DNA of 64,000 nt from Kudoa neothunni (taxonomy: Eukaryota > Animalia > Cnidaria): positions 16,847,469 through 16,911,468 of the forward strand of contig OZ199838.1 in assembly GCA_964304625.1 (NCBI GenBank), in the 5' to 3' direction. Shown piece after piece: positions 39,000 through 51,700 of this stretch. Every line of letters begins with the position of its first letter. Position 1 is the first letter of the stretch. A program made the position numbers and the translations under genes. The notes under the pieces are model-generated. The model saw only the letters and a program-made list of their open reading frames with translations. It did not search any database and had not been told where the DNA came from.

Positions 39000-41900
39000 A
39001 AAGAACATGTCGAAAATTTAATAAAATGAACACATAAAATGCATGAAAATATTTTAATTGCGATAAAAAGAATTTGGTACGAGATAGAAATAAAAGTTTT
39101 CATATTTTATTAATGTGTCATGCATAATTTTAAAATTATTATGTGCAAAGTACTAAAGTTAACAGAGGGTTTCTGTTACAAATATTACGAAATCGGGTAT
39201 ATTCGTGCGTCACGGTAGTTACAATCAACGATTATGATATAATATTTTATGATAATCATAATCAAAATAATATAGACAAAAAAGTTTAAACTTAATCCTT
39301 ATATGTTTTTGTTTTAAATGTCTAAAAATAATGATTATTTATTGAATTAAAATTATACGGAGGTAAAACGATTTACACCGAAATTTAAGTTTAAGTTTTG
39401 TTTGATATACTTATCTGGATTAATCGTCGAATAAATTAATATGTAAAATATGGCCGAGCTATTCTGCCGCAAGTCAACTTTTTTTATTTTTTGGTGGCTT
39501 TTAGATTTTATATGAGATACAGTCAACTAAACCTAGTACAATTTAAGGGAGTGGCTATTGACACGGTAAATAATTAAATATAACAGATTCTAAAAAATTA
39601 AATCTATAACCTATAACCAGCTTGTAAGTTGGAGTTGCTGAGATTAAAAATTCTCGTCGCGCGTGCGGAGTTGCTGTTTAGGATTAAATTTTACCGTGTC
39701 AATAGCCTATGCCATAATTTAATTGCTTGGGTTGGACCAAATAGTCAAAGAGGTGGAAATAATTGAATAAAAAAATCTATTTTAATCTTATATAATAAAG
39801 CGTTGATGTAAAATAACTCAAATTGGTTAGGGCAGTGGTTCCCACCGGTGAGGAAAAGGGGAATTTTTAAACAATTAATGAACCGCTCTGGTGGGACGTA
39901 ATGAATCCTGAGTATTGATGTGACACGGATAATGGTGAAAAAATTTGGCAATACGACATACGTTGAAGTCAATATCACGATTTTCGATACCGCTTATTTT
40001 TATGTTACGATTAACACCGTAAAAAATATGAAAAGCAATGGCAAATTATATAAAAATTAATAATAATATTTAACGCGTCCTTTACCCAAATAGAATCAGA
40101 ATAGTTTGAATCTCCATCTTGTCTCACTTAGAATCGTACAGCTTTTTTGATTGAAACTAATATAATACTGATTATTTTTATATCATTCATTTTTGATTAA
40201 TTAGCCTCATATACACGAAAGTCTTTCGTAATGAAGGTTGGATTACCAAGAGTTCCATTTGATGCTGTTTTTGACGGAATGAAGAACTAATGATGTTAGT
40301 TTTTATGGTCCATTGATAAATTAAATTAGATCAGATCGAACACATTTTAATTTTACTGGAAAAGATGTATATATTAATTGCTTTCAAATTTTTGTTATAG
40401 TGAGCTTTACTCGATCTTTTAAACAATTTAAATTAAAAAAATCAATACTTTTTAAAAAGGTGGGGCGCGATAGATAGAAGGTTGGGAAACTCTAGACCAG
40501 GGGTTCTGTTACTCAATAAAACCTCGCGTTAACTAAAGGAAAAATTATGTGGCGCGTATAAAATGATTTATCTATTTTTCTCCTATATTATCTAAATTAG
40601 GTCAATTATTTCAGTATATCATGGAAATGTAGAAATATTCTTCAATAACAATGATTCTAAGATTTTTGAAAACGTTTTTATTTACGTCACAACGTTTTCA
40701 TGTTCATTTTTGAAATATTAGTTTAAATTACACTCAAATTTTTTATTTTTACTAAAAAATTCTACGCATGACAATTTCTGAGTCTTTCTAATTACTTCTA
40801 ATTTCATAATATTTAGTATCGTCATATTTATTAATAAACATAATACTTGTTAGTTTCAATAAAAATTCTAATTGGAAAGCTATTAAAATTTAGATTAACA
40901 GTTTTTACACAAAAAGAATAAATTATAAACTAACTTGACGTTATATTTATATTTTAATGGCTTTACAAAAACATTATGAATAGTTTAATTAATGTCCGGA
41001 TCCTGTTTATTGGAAGTTTATGTGGTTATCTATAACGATGACTTAGATGACTTAAGTTGCGGTCATTTCTTAATAAAAAAGATGGCTATTCCAATAGACA
41101 ACATTGTTCCAATAGATTTAGCTTTTATTATAATTAAATTATTTCTAGCTCCTGGGAGATTATTTAGGTACTAAATGCTAAAAGTAATTAAAAAGAGCAG
41201 GTTTAAAAAATTAGAATGAATATGTCGCCTATAAATTAGAGTTTTTAGGATTTAAAGTAGTGGACGTGTGTCCATCTCCGAGCCGCTTACCATTGAATTC
41301 TCGTAAAAACAGTCACGCCAAATAAACCGTGAATGTTCCCTTACTTATTTTAAAAGATGAAGAAATATCTAATAGTAAAAGCCATTTTCTATTTCTTGAA
41401 CTGGAGATGATCTAACTCAAAGTATCTCCTTTTCTTGAAACTTTTTCAAGTAATGATTTGCGTATTTTAATAAAATTTCAGTTTATAGATAGAAGATACG
41501 AGAAATACAATATTGCTATTCATTTATATTTTTAATTATTTATATAGACCCCATAATGCTTTAATACATTATTTTTTAATAATTTTTTCTAAATTCCTAT
41601 AGTATATAATTATAATATATTTTTAAATTACAAATGTAATGATTAATCGGATTATATACAAAAATATTGCTATGACGAAGTAGCTAGAGCTTATAATGTA
41701 ATAATCTTGATTAAATATATTTAAAATTTATTTTTTATGGTACGTTCAGTCTACAAAACAGCTACAACTATCTACGTAAAATAATGATAAAAAATCAATT
41801 TATAATTATTAAACTACATTATATCGGGATCCTGCCGTATGCATATAATATTAGCTCCAACGAGTTTGAAACCTATGGAATTTCTAAAATTAGACAATAT

Positions 41901-44900
41901 GCGTAATATCCAGAATAATATTTTATTCAAATATATATTATTTATAAAATAAAATAATATTAGTTTTTCAAATGCGTGGATAGTTTCTATTCATGCATAT
42001 TACTGAAGAATCTCAAAAGTATTTTGAATAAAAAATGTAAACCTTTGAAAAATATATATTTATTTGAAAACAAATGATTACTTATTAGTCTAAAATAAAG
42101 CTAGTATAAAAGAACTGTAATAAGATTATTCAAAAATTATGAAGTGATATTTGTGTTATGAAAATAGAAACTGATTAGTTTATTATCTTAATAAAAAAGG
42201 GGAATTAAAAGTTTACACTCATCAATCTTTGAGTAAATTTATAGTTATTTGTATCATATAATAAATATAAAAAACATGTTTGTTATTTTTTTGTTTTAAT
42301 AATATAAAATTACTCAGGAAAAATTAAAATAAAGTAAATAATTGTGAAAACTTCTTTATAATTCTGGAAAAAAGTTGACTTTATTTAAAAATGCTCACTT
42401 TATTTAAAATAAACCCCACCATTAAATTGATGACACATAAAAATTGAGATAAATCAGAAAAATTTCTATCTAATATGATTAATATGAATGTTAATGTATG
42501 TTTTTATTTATTTTTTCTGTATACCATAAAAGCTCCTATTCCTACGATAGCTACTATTGCAACCACAACAGAGACTATGATACTAAAAATAAAAATTAAA
42601 AATCCATCCTTTCACATTTTACATTGTAGTGTTTCCTGATCTAAATAATATTATAGTCTAAATAAACAAACATTATAATTTACGTCGATTTACTTCCAGT
42701 TGCGCCTATAATTTAGTAAATAGAAATTGTATAAATAATTATTGATACCTTGATCTATTTCAGCTGTTCCTAATACTGTTTCATCCTGACTGTGATAAAC
42801 AGTCAAATGGTAATTTGTTGTATCTACTACATTTTCGATTGTAAATTCTTTGCAACTTGGGAATACTGTGCAATCTTCACCAGTAATTTGAGTGCATTTC
42901 TTAATTGTTGGTTTTGCAAGATCGTTTGAATTAATCAGTTTCCATTTACAAGTGGATTTCTCGTTTTTACCTTCCGGGAGTTTGGTTGTTACTTTCAATA
43001 TGGTACCCTCACGGACAATAAAAACTAATATTGTTTTGGTTACATCAGAGGGAGTTTCCGGTAACAACTCTAAATTATAAAGTTTCTGTTATATTCGAAA
43101 CGAAAAATATTTTAAGAATTACTAGTAATTATAAAATATAAAAATAATATTAATATTAATTTTTAGAAAATACTTGGTTTTATAATAATTGTTTCCTCCC
43201 GAGATCTACCTACAGCTGTTACCAAAACTTGATATTCCTTGGAAGCATCATAATAATCACTGAATACAATACTTCTACACAGCGGTACTTCCGTACATGA
43301 TTTAACAGAAGTATCGTTAGGTATAGACGGCTGATTCCCTGTACCGGTTCTGGCAATGACATTTAATAATGATGATAATGTGGGGTTTTCCTTATTTTCA
43401 ATACAAGTATAAACAGGATCCCAAGTTTCTCCACTTTTCACATTTATTTTGTAATGACACATTGCATCACTCATTGGTGTTGACAATGTTCCTACAACTT
43501 TAAAACCTCTGTCTCGTTTTTCTTCTGAGAGAGTGAGTCTTGAAAATGCTATTATACTATAAAAAAGAAACAGAAATTTTTATTTTTACTCGTTTGGAGA
43601 TTCTCATGTACAATAGAACCATAATCCGCGTATGCGACTATCTTGATGTTGTAGGATGTGTTTGGTTCAAGTTCCACTAGCGTCTTAACCTCTTTACACA
43701 ATCCTCCGCAGGGTTTTCTATCAAGGCATGTCGCTTCCACGAATGAGATTTCATTAGTTTTACTTATAAAATAATCACACACCGGCATGGTTTCTGCTTC
43801 GGGATTGCCTTGAATTGCTTTTACTATAGCTGTCGTTTCCCCCATTGTTGGCTTTTCGGAATTAAAATTTTGTCCATCCTTTTTAACTACCACATATGAA
43901 TAAAATGGTGCCATATTTACATATTACGAGTTTTAATAAATAGATATTCCTTAAAACCGGCGTGGTTATCTATATTTTGAGGAGATATTTCAAATATAAT
44001 AGGTTTTCCTTCAGGTAATTCTTGAACTGTAAAGACAGCGCCACAAGTATCTACACATTTGTCGGATGAGCATTTCGCGTCAGTTAATGGGGTATTTTTA
44101 ATTCTATCTGCAACGTAGTATTTGATTGCACACTGATCAAATTTAGTGGCACCTTCGGTGGATGGTGCAAGTAGTGGAACATTGATATTGACGCCAGTGC
44201 TTGTAATGGAAGATATAAGTGCGCTAGCATCTTCCGCTTGCTCGATGACAGCTAAAAGGCATTAAAATAAATTTAAAATAATATTTTTACCAAATTTTTT
44301 AAACGTATGCCCTTCAAATGTGTCATCACTTTTTTTCTCCAATTGATTGTGCCTTGTTTGAATTAAAATGTCAACAATAGGTTTAGTAGAAGTTAGAGTG
44401 AGTTCGACGTCATTGCAAAGGGCGTAACACTTTTTGCTTGTTCCTCCTCCGCAGTTCGATTGATATTCATTTTGACCTCCAGCATTACTTGCTGCATCCC
44501 TTATTTTGAACAGGCATATTTCACTAGGAAAAGCGTTCGTGAATTTAAGATGATATTGAGTTTTTGCATTAGCAGACTTGTATTTAACATAAAACTGTGG
44601 ATTATAAATATCAATTTCCTTTCTCATATAATGATTTGGCATATGGTAATAGAATATTGGATAATTAATGCAACGCACTTCATAGTACGGAACTCTTGCT
44701 CCATAATCAACCAAATTGACGCCATTTCCATCAGCTTGTGCTATACAGCTTGCTCCCGCAAGGACATTCTTGTATAGAACATTTTTATAATAAATTGGAC
44801 ATGCCACTGGTTTGCAAGTGATCGCTTTCAGCATCAATAATTGTGAATTATCTGTTGAAGCCTTTATATCAGGATCAACCAATAGTGCTAAATAGATATA

Positions 44901-46783
44901 AAAAACATAATAAAAATTCAATCATACGTATTTCAAAACCATAAACCTTTCCACCTTTTTTATGTTCTTCATTTTTAAGATTATTTGCATCTGATCCATC
45001 TTTTACATAAATATATTTTGACCTTGGAGATATCTTAGAATAGTCTAGTTGGTTATCACTGCCCCCACAAGCTCTTATGCATTTATCAGATATACCATCC
45101 TGTGTACTTACGCACCCCGTAAAATCTTCAAAGTTGTTCCCAGCAATATTCTCTCTCATTATGCGACATTTTTTATCGGTAGTATAGTCCGAACCTTTTA
45201 GTTCAACATGAATTTTCCAAGTGTTAACATCTGAACGAACTATTTTATAATAAACTTCACGCGCTGTAGTTGACACTTCGGTATTGATACAGCTATATAT
45301 GGCTAAAAACAAATAACTAGGTTAATATGTATATTCTTCTTACAAGAGTAAATGATCATTGAATAAAATAAAATCATTTTTTGATTCTTCGAGGAAATAT
45401 CTTACCGATGGTTAATCTGATATTGTCTATAAAGAATAATTCTCGCGTATTATACGGTATTCATGCCTTTCAATAAAGTTAAATTGATTTTTAGTTAAAA
45501 TTAAATATAAATAATGCTATATTAAGAAAATAATACAATTTCTAATTATAATCTCATAATGATATATAAGAAATGCTATTGATCTTCTAACTCTTGCGAC
45601 AATCACCACAATTCATAATTTAAAGCCACAACAAAACATGTTTAATCTTATAGGAATTGAATAAATTATTATTTTGCCAGAAAGCATAATTAAGAATTTT
45701 TATAACATAACTAATTTAATATTTGTCGGAATAATTGGCAAAAATATATACAAATATAATTTTTCATAATTTATCTTCAAAAATCAATTAACACAGTTTG
45801 GATCAGTTGATATAATCGAGTGCAAAATTATTGATTATCTAAAAAAATAAAATTCAATTAAATTTTTGGCTATATTACAGAATCTGTAAAAACTTCGTCG
45901 GAAAAAACCAAACATCGGTAAACTTAGCATATAGTTTTTAAAGTAAATTAAACGTCAAAATATATACAAAGAGAGCACTAATTTCCATTTCAACAAACTT
46001 TCTTCTAAACAATAAATCGATTATATACCCAAGAAAACTCTCCGGATTCTTATTTGTGGCGTTTATATAATTCCTTTTAAAAGTACCCCAAGTCGCCTCT
46101 ATTTTGTTTGTGTGAACTCCATCACTCGAAAAAATCTCCTTTTGTGGACAACGGTTCCATGAAAAAAACCTAAATTTTCCAAATTTTTGTATCCGTCCAT
46201 ATTGTTGTTGAACCGTCTCCCACGTTATCGATTATTATTCTCTCAATAACGTCTCGGTTTCTGTATTGAGAAATCGTTAGGAAGCAGTTCTCTTCTTCGT
46301 CAATTCCACCCACCGTCCAATGTTGCTGATTTTTCATAACACGGCCAATATTATATTTCTTCTTCGAGATCGTGGTCAAGTCAATTTGAACAATTATTCC
46401 ATCACTTCCAATTTTTGTGAATTTATCATTCAATTTGGAAGTCATGAAATCTCTTATAATAGTCTTCCAATCCATTATGGTTGAATTTGACGTGATATCA
46501 AGGTGTTGTCGAACCTAATCAAATGTCGTAGTTGGATGCTTGATAAACGATTTCCACAAGGGGAACTTTGACATTTCGAAAATGGTCCCAAACCTCAATA
46601 AGCACCTTTTATGGCATTTGTTACATCTAATCTGGTAACCATCGCCCGTATCTTTACGCGGAACCACACTCACACTATCTCCGCTCGTACATTGGCAAAA
46701 GCTATGTAATAGTCCGATATTTTGTAAATTTTAAATTTTGTAATCGATATCACGAAAATAGCCATAACCAAAAATGGTTATTT
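39000..46783 (-). repeat. Outer right arm of large inverted duplication (pairs with 1-~7700)
   Basis: Reverse-complement match to 1-7700, alternating identical and clearly diverged patches. Confidence 0.93.
42504..45377 (-). CDS. Surface-protein family copy A' (intact inverted partner of A)
   Basis: ATG 45377 MILFYSMIIYS..; exon 3 open across the site frameshifted in A (ORF 44262-44921); same TM exon ending YRKNK*. Confidence 0.9.
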
Positions 46784-46892
46784 TATTAATGGTCTCAAAT
46801 GTGAATAATCTCTTGTGACACACCATTTGTGCTAAAATTAAAACTGAATTTTCGATCGAAAATGAAGTTTTCATAGATTCGGTAATTTAGCC
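45868..46892 (-). mobile_element. Merlin/ISXO2-like DNA transposon (~1.0 kb, degenerate), partner of the 1-919 copy
   Basis: Imperfect TIRs GGCTATATTACAGAATCTGTAAAAACTTC (45868) and revcomp GGCTAAATTACCGAATCTATGAAAACTTC (ends 46892); transposase fragment 46170-46475. Confidence 0.8.
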
Positions 46893-48720
46893 GAAATTTC
46901 TCTTGTGCAAGCCTTTGAGGAACATCGCCAATTTTTTCTATGAATCGAAAATCGTGGTCCTCCACCCGTGATACAGTCAGAAGGAGAATTGAAGACATCG
47001 TTCTCGATAAGATAAATGATAGAGCTATATTCGTTGCAAAATATGTTATCAAATGGCCTCCTCGGTGCGATCATTTTTATAGAATTAACAATTAACATTT
47101 GGAAAATCATTAAATACTGCACTTTGTTATGTTTATTCCCACATACGGTAATATTACAGAGGTCATCATGTCTAAGCTGACTTCTTATACCCTAAAAGCC
47201 GAAAGATTAGGGGGGTCTAAATCAAATGTGATTCAAATAACAGGTTATCAATTTCGGGAAAAATTTGTACATGAGATTTAATTTACACTAACAAGAACCT
47301 AAAAATAAAACTAAACAGTAAGAACCATGAGCCTGCAATACTCATATCTAAATTAGAAATCTAACACCATAAGAATCATTTCCATGCCAAACATTACATA
47401 CGATTTATTAATGAAAAAATTATTTATTGCTATATTTAAAAAGGTATAAAATCGATGTAATTTGTATAATTGTTGAGAAATTCTTATATTTTTATACATA
47501 AATTTTTATAATTGAGATGTATCAACATTTATCAATTTAATGAATAACAGTTTTTTATTTATCTTCTTAATTTTATCGAGTGACAATGTGCTCAAACTTC
47601 CCTTATTAATCGTCGTTCTTTGACAATATGTGTTTGCACAACTAAATATAAATGTCGTCTCGGAAGCAAACCGTAATTTTAGTGATGATCGGACTCAACA
47701 ATATTTCTTCATTCATTCAATGAAAAAAGTGGTGTGTTTGCGCTGTCTCGAATCAATTACTGTATTAAGGAATACAAGATGAAGCGGTACCATCAAACGA
47801 AAGGTAGGGAATTCAGTGACCAAATCAGCGATAACAACAAGGAATAAACGATCTTAAAATACCTTGGAAGCTATAAAAATCATCGCCGATCCATTAAGAT
47901 AAATATTTTTTATCCATTGATATAATTAAGTGAAAATAAAAGAAATAATTTCATTTAACAAATAAGAATTTTTTATAATATTTTGGGGGGATTTTAACTC
48001 AAAAGAAACATTTTGCAAAACTTTGAAAAGTATGAATATTACATTGATACCTACAAAAATTACGATTTTTATAATTTAATGTTGTTTAAATCATTTTGTA
48101 ATAAATTTTAAAAACATTACTTCTATCGTTGGTGATATTCAAGTCAAAAAATTTGGTGTAATCTGAAATATCAACGTTTTAAATTTGGCTATATTGATTA
48201 TATTCATATTTATAACGTAGGGCTCTTTTTAAAGTGTATGTTATACTGAATGTCATGTTTAACCCTCGAATACCTGGGTTGGACCACGCGAGATAAAATT
48301 TTTAATCTTTTTGCATACATTTTTTTAAACTTTTTTATGTATTCCTATTTTATGCAGTAATTATGCTTTATTATATTTTAAAATAATAGAGCTGTGAGTT
48401 TTGAGAATTTTTGTCAAAATAAGTAAACAAAAAAAGTTACGTAAACACCTGAGATGGACCATTCCGGATCACGTGTAATTGTTAACGAAATTAATATTTT
48501 GTACTATAATTACATCATTCTAAATTTAATATTATATTTGATAAGCAATTTAAAATATTCTAAACCTATTTATGGCTAATTATATGTTTAATCGAAAATA
48601 TAAATTAAATTTATTTATGACAAGCTTGCGCGCTCAACAAGACATTTGCTTAAAAAATGGATTCTGACGGAGAACATATTTTTGTTGAGGACGATTGTGA
48701 AAGTGCTGACGATACACTAT

Positions 48721-51700
48721 TGTTAGCTGCATGCATAGAGGCCATATTATTAAAAGCTACGATATATATCGAACTAGGAATACTAAACGGTTGATTACTA
48801 ATAATCACCTTGGTAACATTGCATCCTCTTCAAAATTGTCTTCTATCAACCGTCGTTGAATGAAGGGTTTTAATTTATCAAAATTAGTCACCAAAACTTT
48901 ACCTTGTCCCTCTAGTCTATAGACAGAGTCAGACAATTTTTCTTTAACTACGTAGGGGCCTTTGTAATATGGTTCCAATTTACTTTGTCTATTATTAATG
49001 ACCAACCAAACTTTTTCACCTGGGTTATAAGGTTTTCCATAGGCTTTTTTATTTTAGGCAGTCTTAGTCCTGCCCAAATTAGCTTTGAGGTTATCCAATG
49101 CAATTTGTTTCGCCAGTCTCAGATCAGTTCCAATGCATTTAACATAGTCATCATGTGAATAATTATGTGCGTTTAGTTGAGATATCGTTTCAAGTGGTGT
49201 TCGTACTTCCCTTCCCAGCATCAAATAATTTGGAGAATATCCAGTTGAACTATGGGTTGATGATCGGTAAGCCATCATCACTGTAGGTAATAAGGTATCC
49301 CACTCGTTGTCCTTATGGACAAGCTTGCTCACCATATCAATCAACGTTCGATTCAGTCTTTCTACCATCCCATCCGATTTTGGGTTAAATGCACATGTTC
49401 TTGTTTTTGATATGCCGAACATTTTACACATATTTTGAAAAAGTTTCGATTCAAAATTTGTTCCTTGGTCAGTGTGAATTACCGATGGGAGTCCAAATTT
49501 TAAAAATACAGCACCCGTTAACTTCCTGACCACAGTATGTGCTTCTTGGTCCTTCATAGGAATGGCTTCTCCCCATTTTGTAAAATAATCTTGAACTACA
49601 CAAATGAATCGATTCCCCTTATATGTAGTGGGTAACGGTCCAACCATATCAATAGCAATCCGTTCCATCGGATAACTTGACACACTTGTATCCATTTCTG
49701 ATACAAACTTTCTGGTGGGTCGGTTCCTCCGAGCGCATATTTCACAGGATTGACACCAATTTTTTATATCCACATTTTGTAATGGCCAATAATAGTTTCT
49801 GCGTATATTTTGGGCAACTTTTTCATGTCCTAGATGACCACTTGTAACATTATCATGTGCCAACTCCAATATCATTGATTTTAAGCTTTCAGGTATCACA
49901 ACACGTAATGTAACTTCCTTTGTTTTAGGGTCAACAAATTCTCTACATAGAATACTATTATCCAAGCGTAAGCATTTCCTCAACAGCCATAATGTTTGTA
50001 TCCGTTTATCCAACTCTTTAGGAACCTTCTTTGGCATTCGATTACTCTCAATCCAGCCGATAATTTTATTCAGAATGGCGTCATTGCGTTGTCTATTGAT
50101 AATAACATCATTTGATAATCCTTGTATCGATAGAGCCAAAGCTTGGGTTATTTCAGGAACTCGAGATAAAGCATCTGCATTTCCATGCATCTTACCTTCT
50201 CTGTAAACAACATCGAATTCGTATTGACTCAAATGCTCCAACCATCTAGCTACCTGACCTTCTGGCTTTTTAAAAGACAATAGCCACTTCAACGCATGGT
50301 GGTCAGTTCTCGCTAAGAATTTTTTTCCATGGAGGTAAAATTTGAAATGATTTATAAAATGAACCAGAGCCAAGAGTTCTTTTCTCGTAACACTATAATT
50401 CCTTTCTCGATCTAATAACGATCTACTAGCGAAAGCGACCACTCGCTCCTCCCCATCAATTACTTGCGACAAAACTGCTCCAATAGATTGATTACTGGCA
50501 TCAGTATCCAAAATAAATGATTCATTCCAATTCGGATGTGCCAACAATACACATTCCATTAATTTCTTTTTTAGCATATCAAATGATTTTTGACATTCTG
50601 GCGACCAATTCCACGGTACGTCGTTCCGTAACAAACGACACAGAGGATTCGAAATTTGAGAGAATTTATCAATGAATCTTCTATAATAGTTAAGCAAACC
50701 AAGGAAACATTGTAATTCAACAATTTTCGTTGGGGTAGGCCAATTTTTAATTGCTTTCACTTTATTTTTATCTGGTTTGATTCCATCAGCATTGATAACA
50801 TGTCCCAAAAATGTAACTTCGCTTTTGTAATAAACTGATTTTTCGTTATTAATTTTCAAGTTATACAACTCTAATAATGTAACAATTTTCCTCACGTCAT
50901 TTTTGTTAGTTTCCAAATCTTTACTGAATATAATTATATCATCAAGATACACAAGACAACAGACACCAATACATTCTTTCAAAATCAGGTTAATCATCCT
51001 TTGAAAAGTGGCTGGTGCATTGCACAGTCCAAACGGCATCTTGACAAATTGATACAAATCATCAACACCATAGAATGCGGTCTTTTGTTTATCTTTAATA
51101 TCTATAGGTATGTGATGGTATCCATCTTTCAAATCTAACACCGTGAATACATTAGCATTACCCAATGTATCCATGACATCATCAATCCTCGGAAGTGGAT
51201 ATGAATCTTTCACTGTCACTGCGTTTAACCTTCTATAGTCAACACATAATCTCCACTTTCCATTTTTCTTTGGAACCAAAACAGAATTGAAAGCCCAATC
51301 CGAATTAGATTCCTCAATAATACCACGCTCCAGCATTGAACTAATTATCTCATTCATTTGTTTTCTTTTGTGGTATGGTATTCTTCTTTTAAAATCTTTT
51401 ATTGGTTTGGTATTGTTTGTATCAATTTTATGCACCACAGCTACTTTTCTCGTCATTGACTTGATTCCACAATTACCGATAACGGGAGCTATTATAGGTT
51501 TCTCAACGTTATTTGATATAAGTTCACTGTCAATTATAAGCTCAAAATTCCATACTTTCAAAATATTGAGACCAATGATACAATCATGTATCAAATTTTC
51601 GACAACTAATAACTTTTTTCTACACTCTTTCCCATTATACTGAAGTGACACGTCTATGGTTCCTTTGATATTTAGTCTATTTCCTGTGGCTGCCACCAGT

